The translations under genes were made by a program, and so were the position numbers. From positions 1 through 64,000 of the forward strand of contig DF237041.1 in assembly GCA_000708835.1 (NCBI GenBank): DNA of 64,000 bases. The letters run 5' to 3'. Source of the stretch: Klebsormidium nitens. Taxonomy: Eukaryota; Plantae; Klebsormidiophyceae. The notes beneath the pieces are model-generated. The model had not been told where the DNA came from and ran no database searches. It was given only the letters and a program-made list of their open reading frames with translations. This document shows positions 44,779 to 57,428 of the stretch, in pieces (the first letter of the stretch is position 1; each line of letters begins with the position of its first letter).

Positions 44779-47700
44779 ATGACCACGAAACTTATCACCA
44801 CCATGTTCAAAAGAGGGGGGTGTGATCTGCCCGGGGAGGCGCTCTGCTTCTGTATTGTGAGCTTGTTAATTCTAATAGAGGCTCCTCAATTGGTTGTTGG
44901 AGACCAAAATGATATGAGTGGGTGGCACCTGAGCCAAAAGGTAAGGCCTACGCTGCTGGAAACTTGAAGAGTCGAGGGTCTTTGACCCAACTGTCTTTCT
45001 AAGAACACATTCAACGTTTTTGCTTGGATTGGAATGAGTGGTCATTGCAAGCAAGTTCCCGGAGGTCAACAACTCAGAAGTTGTCAGCATTCAATGTGCC
45101 CTGCCAGCTCTAGTTGGGAAGGAGAGGAGTAAATGTGCAATTGTCCATCAAAGGGTGAGGAAAATGTAAATCATGCTCACTTTGTGAAAAACGTTTTCTG
45201 CATATTAAAGTGGATCTGATGTGAACTCGCTTGAAGAAAGTCCTTATACCAGACGAATTGGTGGTGTACTTCAATCAATCCTGACTAATCTTATGTGACA
45301 CTGAATTGCTGGATGGTACGGTTGCAGCTGGCCTATCAGCTGAAAATCTGTCCAATCACTCCTCGGGTTACACAACCAGAGCAAGTCTTCTCCGATGTAT
45401 TCATTGCTTTCAATCAGTTCCAATGCTCTTTAGAACACTTTCTCACAAAGCATTTCACGATTTAATCTGGTGACAGGTGGAAGCAAACAAAGAGATCAGC
45501 CTACATTCAGCAAGTGTCCCGGGTCGTCCATTTGGACGCCTTCAGGAGATTTTACAGAGCATCAAACTGGATGTTGAGCAGATCATCGTAGCCGCTTCCA
45601 GTACTGAGTAAGCACTTGCACGTTTGTCTTGTTGACAACTTTATGAACATGTCAAAGTGATCTGTCTTTAGTCAGCGCGACTTTGAATGTTTCAATTGCT
45701 TTCTTGTCACATTTTTCCGAAGAGTACAGTTGCGGTGATGCAAGCGAAAATGGCAGCTTCCTATCGTTTTCAAATTAAGACGGTCTTCACAAGAGAGTAC
45801 TTCTCAAAATTTGCAGTGCCCTATATGCTTTGAGGCAATAAGCAAGTCAGTTCTGCCAACATAAAGTGATACATTGAATTTTCATATTCAAAAGGAATCC
45901 ATTGTTATGGCTTTTGTTCAGAAGCAGTCCTTCATCTACTTTATCAGACGTGCCCAGCTCCTATCACCAATTCAAGGACACTGTTGGCGTATGGGTAGCG
46001 TGTCTAGAGAAATACAGCCGCTGGAGTTCACTATCTGTGCGTTTCAGAAAGCCTGTATCGACCAGGGCAACGAGGTGCTAACTCACACCGTTCCTTCGGC
46101 CCTTGCAGTGTCGTGTTTGAACGGCTCGCATATGTAGCGGACACTTTTGGACCCCGCTTCAGTGGCACGTCGGGGCTCGAGCTGGCGATCGACCATATCA
46201 AGGTATGGGCTGGATCTGCCACCTTCGAAGCCCTGAAGCGAACGGTCCAACCAGTTTTCGACCTGTCTAATCCGATTTTTTGCCCCGATTGTGATACAGT
46301 GACTACCGAGTGGTGAAAGCCTTGGCTGACATCAGATATGAGTGATATGACCTTACTGCCTTGATGTTAGTGTGTGATTCGTTTCAGCTGACTGGCGCGC
46401 AACAAGTTTCAGCCAGCACAACAATGTCGAGTGGTGCCTCCAACTTTAAAGGTCGTTCGAACGGGAAAGCATGTGTCGGTTCGACCTACCCCTGAGTCGG
46501 GATGTTAGATCTGATAACACACATCGGATGCTATCATTTTCGGACCTCATTGGAAGAATTCGTCTCATGTGAGATGGCTTCGCAATTGATCGAAAGATTC
46601 AGGAGGCGGTCTATTCTGAATCTGATCGCCTCCGTGCCTTCTCCTAGCCTTGCCTAGCCTACCAACTGAATTCCTGGCTGATAGGGGACGACTCAAGCTT
46701 CTATTCCGTTCCTGTGGCACTCATCCATGTTTTACGCCTCAGACTCGCTTCCTTGGCCCCGAACACCTATACCTGTAACCTTTTCGCTGACCCCTCTCCC
46801 TTTCAGCCCGGTTTGGCGGGGCCGATCAACAAGTTCCAATCATTTTCCAACTATTCTGTTTCTGGCGGACAATCATCATTTTATTTCCTAGTTCGTCTGC
46901 CTTTGCAGGCCGTTTAATCAGCTTGAACCTCTTTCCCTGAGTTGTTCGTTATGCCCATCACCAACGTCTACCTAACCTCTTTCTTAACCCGCCTACCCAG
47001 GCCGAGATGCAGCGCGACGGCCTTTCCGTCACTGAAGAACCTGTCATGGTCCCCCGCTGGGTGCGCGGCGCCGAACAGGCACGCCTAGTTTCCCCCCGCA
47101 ACAAAACGCTCGCAATGGTCGGCCTTGGGGACAGCATCGGCACCGGGGGCAAACCGATCGTCGCCCCCGTTCTAGTTGTTTCCTCCTTTGCGGATCTCGC
47201 ATTGAGACGCAACGAAGCCGCAGGAAGAATCGTCGTCTTCAACACGCCGTTTGTCTCATATGGTGAAACGGTGGACTACCGTTCCGGGGGGGCCGCCGCG
47301 GCAGCGGCGGCAGGGGGGGTCGCCGCGCTCGTGCGTTCGGTGACGTCATTTAGTCTACAGACGCCGCACGCGGGCACGACGGATAAAGCGAGTGTCCCGG
47401 CGGCGGCGATCACGGTCGAAGACGCGGAGCTTTTGGCGAGAATGCAGAGGAGGGGGCAGGAACCGGTGGTGGAGTTGTACATGGAGGCGCAGACACTGCC
47501 AGACGTCCAATCCAGGTGAGGACACGTGTCCTAAGGGCGATTGCGGGCTCGTGAGGCTTGTGTGATGTCGAAGTTTTGCAGAGGAGTGGCTTTGTGTCTG
47601 TTCAACGGATCTCAGTCTTGGTATTCGTTGATCCAGATATGCAAACGGACCCACAAGGACAGGTCGGATGGATACCGTATGAGAAATTGTCACCTTCTGC

Positions 47701-50700
47701 TGCATATCTAAGCGATGCCAAGATTATCGTATCATCTCGCTTGCAACCGTTCAGTCAAGCTCAGTTATGTTGAGTTAAGCTGCTGTAAATGATGGACCCG
47801 AGCTTGGAGCGATGTTGTCCTCTTTTAAGCTGTCCGCATTTCTGGACACCAAGCTTCCGAACACCTTGCAGGAATCTGATTGTAGAAATCAGGGGTTCGG
47901 AGCGTCCGGACGAGGTAGTTATGTTCGGGGGGCACATTGACAGCTGGGACATCACTGACGGCGCGATCGACGACGGAGGGGGGGCCATGATCACCTGGGA
48001 GTTGAGCCCCCCTGCTGCGAGCCTTTCTACGAATTCTCTTCTCTCTCTGCTAAGAGTCAAGGCTAGCAGTACTTGCGGTGACGTGAGTTCGGATGCAGTA
48101 TCGGCCCGTTTAGAAGGGAGTCTACTGCTGTGAGGCAGGCAAAGCAATCAGTACAAAGCTGACGCGGAGACGGCGTTTGACGACTTCCCGTGATTTCTGA
48201 ATTGCGTTTGATCGAGCAGAGTAGCATCGACTCATCTGGAGCTTCTCTATTCTGTTGCACTCTTCGGCCAACGTAGTAGAAGAGTATCTCGTCGCTCAGG
48301 ATTGAGGAAAAGAGTTGAAGGCAATTAATCCTTTCTGGTCTGTACTGAGGAATCTCACGTCTGCGGGTCCACTTCCTTTGAACAATGGCCAAAAATGAAG
48401 CAGACGCTTGCATCAAGCGGATTGTGCTGTCTTTCGACGGCAGGGGAAATCTCAGAGTAAATAAAACGATGAGACTTGAGAAGAATCTGACATTCCAACA
48501 AATCGAGTAAGTATCAGGATTTTCACCATGTACGGGATATTCAAACTTTTCATCCAACGCGCTTCTCTGCTGCTGTTTCTTCCCTACAGCGAAGGCTTAA
48601 AGAGGGCGTATCACCGGGGCGACTTCAACGTCAGCACCGGTCACCGTTTAGCAGTGTTTCTCGCTCGGAGACACAAACCGAGACACCTAGCTTTCGGTGA
48701 CTGAAGAGCAGAGCGACCTGCTGAGCAGTCGCTCTGTGACGACATTCGGATGCATCCGAATACACCCTCTTTAAGAAGTTGGGAACACCCTTGAACCCAA
48801 TGCGCGTGTTTGTTCTGCCTGCAGGTCATCCGGCTGCTCCATTCTCTGGGCCTCCAACCCCGGCGGACCGTCCGCGGAGTGTTGTTCGTGAACGAGGAGA
48901 ACGGCGCGCGGGGCGGGCAGCAGTACGCGCGCGACCATGCGTCCGAAATGAACAGGTGGGCCGTCTATTTACGATTTGTTTCTGCATTACAAGAAATACA
49001 AGAGTAGCACAGCTAGTGGAAACAATGGAATACCATAATCTTTTCTTTTGAGTCTGTAGTAGTGCGGCTGTTGGGGAGCGCAACAAAGCCACCGCTGAAC
49101 AGATCTCTGACTCTGCGTTGCAAGTACCGTATTGGTCGCAAGAAAGCTCTGACGAGGTCATTTCTTTGCAAGCCCTCATAAGATGCTTCGTGGCCGTTGT
49201 CATTTTGAGAGTTTTGTTGACAAGCGGCCTTCCTGTTCTTGGGTCTGCACTTTGGGTCTCGCTGCATTGGGGAACTTGATTTGAATATCAGAAAGTGTTG
49301 GCAGCTCGCCCGTGCAGACTCCTCATTGAAGTCTGGGTTCGGATGCGAAGGCTCTCTTCCGGTCTCGAAGGGCGTCGTGTAACTTGTTCCATTTCGCTTG
49401 ACCGTTCCCCCGGCCACCCGCTCTAGTTTGCAGCTAAACGAGCGCCGCTCTGCCACAAAGTTGTAAAGAACGGGTCACAAGTCCGATTTCCTAAACGTTC
49501 GCTGACGTCTCACGTTTGTGTTCTTTCGTCAGTCGACGTCATGCTTAATAGTTGGATTCCGGCGATGTCGTGCTTGATAGTTGCGTCGAGTCTCCGTTCC
49601 CTCCGACGCCGCAGCCGACGTCATTTTTCAAAACGCTGTGCGTTTCAGGACGAGCATCGCTATCGAGACCGACGCGGGCACATTTACACCGTACGGCCTG
49701 GAGTTCACGGGGACCTCAGAGGCCAGGGCCATTCTGGAAGAGGTGAATACGCTCCTTATAACTGCCCAGCGAACCTAAGTCTGGCAGAGACGTCAGTTGA
49801 CAGATGGATGACTTTTTTTTTTTTTTTTAGTACTCGGACAGAAGCTTCTACCCTGTGTACTCCACGGAGTTTAATGAAAAGCTGAGGTATATTGCCTCCA
49901 AAAATGGAGCTTTTTTAAGAGCCTTGAAAGTCTTCAAATCTGGAGGTCATTTCCGTTCGTCTGCTGCGCCCACAAGGGCTTGTTCTCTACAGCGGGCCTA
50001 GACGCATCCTCCCTCGCAGTCCCTCAGCCTTGCCGGCGAGGTGGACCTCCGCTGTTCGGCTCGTTGAGCCATTGTCTGAAGATCGATGGGCTCGAAAGAT
50101 CCTTGCAGAGTCTTTGTGGTTTTCAGCCCAAGCATGATTCTGCGAGCTCTCCTTCGAGCGCTCGCGGTAAAGTGTCCCCGTGCACTGCGGAAGCATCCCA
50201 TTGCTTTTGGATGCGAATGCGCACTGGGGCCCGTAAAATTGCAATGACGTCACTAATGACGTCCGCTTACGTCACGTTTGCAGATAGGCCGCGCGTTTTT
50301 GTCCGAGATGGGGTTACGGCACGTGACCGACAGCGGAGGGGGCACGGACGTGTACTATACCGTAAGGACAGAATTCTAGTGTTCTTCATCTTTTCCCCCC
50401 CACAACGCATAAGTGTTGCTGGTAGTCGTCGTTCCTCAAGCACATTTTCTGATTCCCTTGTCCCGTCTAATTCCTCGGAGCTTCCACGTCAAGAACGTCT
50501 TCCAGTGGCACGCGCGTCTTCTTTTCCACCAAAGATTGTTGCTCTACGACATCGTAAACGTTCCAATTAAAGAAACAATCAGATGCATGGCGATTGCAAC
50601 TCCTGGATCTGCTTCTCGCACCCCGCTGGAACTTGTCGCGTCGGCAACGCGCAGAAGCGTCGCCTCCCCGGCGTCTCCTCTCCATCTGTTCGCTTGCAAG

Positions 50701-51950
50701 TTTCTCAGGCCCCGGTCGGGACTCGTTTGCGCTTACTATTCAGTGCCAGCGTGGCAAAGCCGTTGCGAAAGAGTGTGAAGATTGCACTCCAAAGTGAGCT
50801 GCAAATCAATGCCGCAAGTGGACCCCGCAAATTGACGCCTAAAATGGAAACGTCATTCTCCACTTTTGAGGCCCAAAAGACACGGCCACGGTCGCGAGAG
50901 ATAGGCTCCTTTCTTAGGTTCCATGATACCCACAACTTCAAAAACATCCAACAAAAGTGCACTCTACTCTACCAGCATTCGTGCGGGAATGATGCACCGG
51001 CTCTCAATCAATCTGACCAGGGCTGATTGTGCAGTGCGCGCTGGGCGTCCCTTGTGCGAGCCTGTCCGTTTTGGACCCCCGGGAATCGGACGGTCCGAAT
51101 AATCCGTGCCGAGACGTGCGTCCGCAGGGAGTGGGCCGGCCCACTTTTGGAACGAGCGCCTACTTCTGGTGAGCTTTCGCGGTGGTGCTTTGGGGCGAAT
51201 AAAGCGCTTGTGACTCTATGATAGTTCTTTGGGGGGAGAGAGCGGTTTAAATTTCGTGATCTGTTGGTAGGGAGATTTGGAAGCGTGCTCTGGTGATTCA
51301 AAGAAATTGGGAGGATGTGCGAAATAGCTTTTAAAAGGTTGTCGAGGCTCCAGGAATGCTGACGCATGAGAAGCATACGACACTTTCGGAGCTGAGAGGA
51401 GGATGAGGCCCTCGTACGCAGTTCTGTCCGGTGCTGTATGGCAGGATGGGGGCTAAGAACATACGAACGGAGCAGATTGAAGTGCTTGGTTACATGTGTC
51501 TTTTAACGATCTGCATATTTTTGTTTGCCTTTCAAACGGCATTGAGCGCTTGATAATGGTCGGCAGGATCTTCTTACAACGCACGGAATTGACGCTTCGA
51601 TCCTGCAAAGTCCTGATCTAATTGTACCTGGATTACGGAGTTGGCAGGCAGTAGTTGACTTTGGGATATCTTTTTTCCCCTCGAAACGGTGCATTGCAAA
51701 GTCACTCATCTCAACGTGGCATTGCTCGTGTCTAGAGTTTTCGTGCTTATCTGCTTTCAACGGTAGTGAACCTTATCAAAGATCCTTGTCATTCTTTTAA
51801 AGGTATCACCACAGCGCGGCAGACACACCCGACAAGATGTCGCCCCAGCAGCTGCAACAATGCGCCGCAAGTCTCGCAACCTGGGTCTACGCAATCGCAA
51901 GCTTGGACGAAATTCTGCCCCGTGGGGAGGCGACTGTCAGGCCGCAGTGA
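44779..51950 (+). CDS. CPQ: Carboxypeptidase Q / plasma glutamate carboxypeptidase-like (peptidase M28, PA domain), secreted, ~538 aa
   Basis: join(44779..44940,45477..45607,46109..46202,47001..47515,47872..48001,48825..48955,49649..49742,50284..50361,51035..51168,51803..51950). Motifs FERLAYVADTFGPRFSG, VPRWVRGAE, ALVRSVTSFSLQTPHAG, GGHIDSWD..DDGGG, FVNEENG, IETDAGTF, GGGTD, GVPCASL, YFWYHHSAADT. One donor is non-canonical (see findings). Confidence 0.9.
48601..48770. mobile_element. 170-bp TIR element flanked by TTAA (Kolobok-like termini inferred)
   Basis: ttaa|agagggcgtat ... atacaccctct|ttaa. Internal hairpins gagcagagcgac/gtcgctctg and the palindrome attcggatgcatccgaat. Confidence 0.65.
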
Positions 51951-53366
51951 GGCAGCTGCATTTCATGTGGTCACGAACTAACGGCTGGCAAAGCAACTGT
52001 TGGTTGAGTTCATTGTCATACGCATCGAGAAAGCTAATTTTCATTTAGATGCTCGCAATGCTCGCAGCGAGCGCAGATGTGAAGGTTTGATAGATTAATG
52101 TCAGGGATACTGTTAAAACCCAACATAAGAGAAGGCGGACTGAAGATTGCACGCGATTGACTAATTGCCAGAAAATACCTTCTCGATGACTCAAGTTGTC
52201 TCAGCAGCTCGATCCCGGTGACTGCCACGTTTTCGAGAAGCTCAGATCTGCCTGACTTTGCGGAAAGGGAGCCGCTTGTCGAGGCCTCCCTTGCAGTGCT
52301 TGAGTCTAAGACTTGTAAGCTTGAATCGAGTCCAAACATTCAACCGCAGCCCGGCCGCTATATATGTGTTGGACTCCTGGGGCGCAAAGTGCATGGTAAG
52401 TCATGGTCACTCGCCCACACATGCACATTTGAACACGATCGGATATGATCGTCGGAGCTTACCGTCTCGATCGCAGGAATCATGCATATACATATCGCAT
52501 CAGGTGACATTCCTTGCACGCGATGCACTATATTCGGCGGGCGGCAAATCTGCGCATACTGCATCCGCATCAGATCGACATGCATATTTGCGGATCGATT
52601 GCATCTATAATTTATGCGCATTGAACGGTTGCAACCGTCCAATGCAATGATGGCCGCCGCGTGAGCGTTGTAGCTAGCTCGCCGTGGCGTACGACAGCAT
52701 TACATGAAAATATATGCACCAACCAGCTGGCATGTGGGCCCGGGACGGCGGCGCGTGCGGCACACGACACCACGGCACATGCTATTATTCATTCCTGATG
52801 GTTGCGGTCCTTCGATAGAAAGCTGCCAGCCTTGCATGATGTTAGTTGAAAATCCTCGTACGTTTCAGCGGGATGCATACCCAACAGCCAACAGCCAGTG
52901 AACCATCCCGTATATCTAGCTTTCCGGAACGGTGGCGGCTTCTGAGGATAAGCTGTCGTGTATCCAGATTCCAAGGGCTCACCGTCTCGTGAATCAACGC
53001 ACTGCAGTGTGTAACTAAGGCTCAATTGCAAAGCACCGTAAGCTCGTCATCTGTGCATGCATGCCGACACGGGCCGCCCAGTACAAAACCAGGTAGCGGC
53101 TGTGTCCCACCGTTTCAGTGGTGAGCGGCGGTTGACTCACAGACGTCTGACAAAGCAGGATCAGCCACAGCCTGCTAAATACAACACCAGCAGCAGTGCG
53201 TGAACATTGTCCAAGAAATTTCCCAACAACATATTGTTGGACACTGATTGAACGGGATTCAACCCCACTTTGCCACAGGTACCGTCTTTGTGTGTGCTTA
53301 TGTTCAAAACCAACCTGATATACCTGAAGCAAACCCTTCCGAGAAGCAAGCAAGTCTGCGACTTGC

Positions 53367-56300
53367 TCAAGCCTCGACCACAATACCCATGTTCTTTGCG
53401 GTCCCCGACACAATGTTGACGGCAGCGTCGAGACTGATGCAGTTCAAGTCCGGCAGCTTCGTCTTGGCAATCTCCTCTACCTGGGCTCTTGTGATCGTTC
53501 CGACCCGCTCCTTGCTCGACTTTCCGGACCCCTTCTCAACACCTGCGCCATTGAGATCCACTTCGACACGTCAGAATAAAGGGGTTACATAAGAGACCCT
53601 GACAAAGGTAACACGGGGTAGATCACGGTCGTTTCACTGAGACTGTCGCACATACACTGCTGGGCAAAGCTTCATGGACATACCATACGAGGGGCAAATG
53701 GTCTTTCCACTGTCAATGGAAACCCCAGGTTAATCAAAACCATACTCCATTGATACTGCAAAGACACCGTAGTAAGAACCGGAAAGCAATCGGTCAGTGG
53801 TGTGAATTCGACAATCAAGTCGATGCTTAGGGATTGCGTCGTCCCTCACGATAAATCATAACCTCTGGCCACAAGCCGACCGTTCTGAGCTCACGAGACG
53901 TCCTGAATCGCTGTCTGCGTTCTTGATGCTTTCCGTTTACAAGCACGTGCTTCTGAGCGACTTTGTCATAAAAACGACGTGAAGCACGCACTGAGCTTCC
54001 ATCTTTAAATCGCACTTTTCGCCAACCGAACCAAGCATGTTCCATCTTCCAGTCAATCTGGCTTTGAGCTCAGTCCTAAGCATGACATACCGTTCCTCAA
54101 GCCAGACTTTCAGCTTCGTTATCCAGTCGCTGATTCTTAGAAATCCGTTTGATCGGAGCGTGAAGGTGGAACATCTCACCTGCGGCCTTCTTTATAAGCA
54201 CGGACGCGGGGGGCGTTTTCAAGATGAAAGTAAAGCTCTTGTCCTGCAAGGGATGAAGCAAAGCTTTAGGGAATCATCAGACGTGTCAAAACATGCCAGT
54301 CGACCCCGTCTGCTAAAAGGGTAGATGCAGCTAGGGTGCTCTTTCTGCTGATCGTTTTGGGACAGCGAGTTATGTTGATCACAAAACAACATTACCCTTT
54401 TTGAATCGATGTCACACGACGAGCAGTAGCGCCTTCACAAAAGTGCCGATCTGCTGATACACCCACCATCAGATGCGGAAGGCTTGCGAAACGATGAGGA
54501 TGACATGTGGCCATGATTGGTGCATGGCTTCTGTGACCAGGAATTGACACCCCCTCATCCTTGACCACGATTCTGTGCAATGGTTTCCTTACACTCAATT
54601 GACCAGGGTCACATGCTTACATCCAGTGTCAAACGCAATCACTGTGTCGATTGGCAGGCTCAGCGTCAATCCTATGGCGTGTTGACAACAGCAAAGAGGC
54701 CTTCTTCCAATCCGCAATCTGGTCTGCTTACCTTTGTCCTTTGAAAAAACTCAGAAAATTAGGCAATTTGAAGACCTCGAGCCTTTTGGGAAGCGACTCT
54801 GTAGACTGCCCTTGCCTCCAAGGCTCCCACTTTGACGTCTTCTATTATTACTCAGGCCCAACCGCAAAGCAAGTGCGGGCGTTCGATACAGCATTCTTCT
54901 CGAAACCCCTGCAGACACTCTGTCTGACATCTCAGCCTCAAGTGCATAATGACGTTCCGATCGTAAATATTTGCCGGTCGAAACTGCGAATTGGACGCAA
55001 CTCACATAACCACAAGAAGCTCAAAGACAATCGGCCTTTTCAGGATTTAAAGTCTGCAACATGAAACCGTCAACTTGACCACGACAGGTACTTCAACGAG
55101 GCGGCTCACATCAAACACGGTGATCTCGACGGGAATGACAAAGCCCGCCTTGTCGGCCGTCCGCGCATTGTACTCTTTGCAGAACATCATGATGTTCACA
55201 CCCTTGGCACCGAGGGCGGGGCCGACAGGGGGTGCCGGGGTGGCTTTGCCGGCGTCTAGAGCGAGCTTAATCAACCCCACAACTGCAAACATGTTATTTC
55301 TGATTGAGCTTTGCAGTATGTTACCCGCTTAAGAGTGTTTTTACTTCCATGAGCAACTTGAGGCTTCAGCACTCTTAAGTCAACGTAGGAGGAGTAGCAT
55401 GACCACTCAGGTCAATTCTGACCAGAAACTTGGCGAATGACTTCGTGAACAGTATCTTCGAATCATCGTCGCTTCTGAAATGCACGGCCGGAAAGCTGCA
55501 GATGACCTAAGCTTTGCTGGGCCTTGCAAAATGACCATTGAGTTGCAATGCACGCTCAATTGAGATGCTGCAATGTGAAAAAACTAAAGAAAGCAGATGT
55601 TCGAAGTCTATGGTTTCCCATTCTGCCTTCCCCCTCTTCTTTCCACAAGGTCGATTGCACTCTCTACAGCGATGTGTGCTAAAGCAAACGCTTTTGCACC
55701 ACTCTTGAGATCGGGGTTTACTACAGACTGATTGCAGGGCCCAAAAAATGCACTTACCAAATGAACAAGTGAAAGACATGAGCGTCTCGCTTTACAATCT
55801 ACTGAACCATTCACTTGCAGGAGCCTAGTCAAATCTGACCAGAAGGGGCGCCCTTCTGGTTCATGGTGCTTAACCTGGAGTGCCGTCCAACTTCCATTGA
55901 CTTAGAAGACAAAGTAAGCGGAGCTAATGTGGATAATCTGCATTGAGCGGCCCCATCAAATAAAGCAACCGCTGAATCTGAAGATACTTCTGCAAAGCCT
56001 AATGACTTCCATCAGGAAAAGCTGAAGGATACGCTGGCGAGGCGCCTACATTGGTAATGGTCCTCTATCTGCCAGTCGCAATTACCAACAGGAGCTTCAT
56101 TGTGCAACCACGGCGCTTTGGTGTAAGCATTACCGACACCCCTTCAGCAAAAATGTGTGGGCTAACGAACGATGGAGGACACGAAAACCTACCCTTCTTG
56201 GCCTTTCCGCCAGCCTTTGGGGGCGCCATAGCAACAGGCGTGAGCCTCGTCTTCTGCCGCCTCTCTACGGTTGTGCATTGCACCCGCAACCTGTCGCCGC

Positions 56301-56466
56301 CAAAGGCCCCATTCGCACTGCCCAGCCCTGTGCTCGCTCCAGCCGGTGTGAACGAGCTTCGAAGGGCTGCAGACGGCCTGTCAGTGGTTGCTTGTGCGCT
56401 TGAGCTTGTTGATAAGCAAGCGGTTGAAAGACTTGCACTGCATCTAGATAAAAGAGAGGACGCCAT
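53367..56466 (-). CDS. RPL11: Plastid 50S ribosomal protein L11 (uL11c), 228 aa
   Basis: complement(join(53367..53542,54180..54243,55110..55282,56193..56466)). Transit peptide, then [74 protein letters not shown]. Confidence 0.96.
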
Positions 56467-57428
56467 TCCGGCCCACAGAACTCCACCGCTTTATCGGGTG
56501 CACAAGGGGGACGCTCACCAATGACCGAGAATGATTTCAAAGTCCCTGAGAAGTGTTGCTGAATTTCAGGGTCCAATGTCGTCCTCCCTTTACGTGGCAG
56601 CGCTCCTGAACCCTAACTCTGCACTGCAGCGGGCGCCTTATGAACCTCTCAGCTTGAAGTTGAAGAGGACAGCTGAGAGCACGCAGGGAAAACGTTGCAC
56701 GTTGCAGACTCTTTCGTAAAATTTTCAAACCCTGGTAAACCCTTTTTTTATAGCCGAAACCCAGCCACGGTATGTCCAGGTTGCAGATCCCTTAAAAAAT
56801 CCAGACAATCGTAACCAGCTTCTGTAACCTCTTGGAGAAAGACGGAAAATCACTGTTCAAAGAAGCACGACTCGGAACGACCCTTCTAGGAAGAGCGCTT
56901 CATGGCACTGGCAGCATTGCCTCTCAGCAAGGTCTCTCTGGTTCCGAGTCTGGGGTCCATCAGAAGAGGCCGCAGGTAGAAGTGAAACCCTTCTGAAGCT
57001 TGGGCATGTAGGAGAATGCACCAGTGGTGCAGCTCATCCACTCATAGTTAGCAATGGTGAAAGTCACCTGGCCCGGTAGGCTGTATTGGAGATGGTTGTT
57101 GTGCTGTGCATAAAGTAGGCTGTCAGTTCAAGTCAGGGCAAGATAGCTGTACACACAGTTGTCCCCTTTTTGTCCTAAGATTGATACATTGACAACAGCA
57201 CTGGCGTGCGAACCTGCCTTTTGAAAGCGGGAGTGACCAGCTTGCTCACATGGTTCTCCATCCATTCCCAATCGTACAGCTAAGATATTCCCTTTGCTAG
57301 CCATACACTGTGTGTTCGTCTTGACCAAGTTCTGGTCTTTGAAGTTGAAGACTTTTCGTTGGCCTTTTGGAACCAGTTGTGTGATTGGCACATGGTCGTG
57401 GTGAAAAAGCCAGCGGAATCTTGCCGGT

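Noticed and set aside
55328-55379. 10-bp inverted repeat cttaagagtg/cactcttaag in an RPL11 intron
   Set aside because: Too short to call an element without other copies.
56890-57390. Protein-like minus-strand text (LYDWEWMENHVSKL) between RPL11 and the J-domain gene
   Set aside because: Multiple stops in all frames and no recognisable family; cannot be distinguished from chance.
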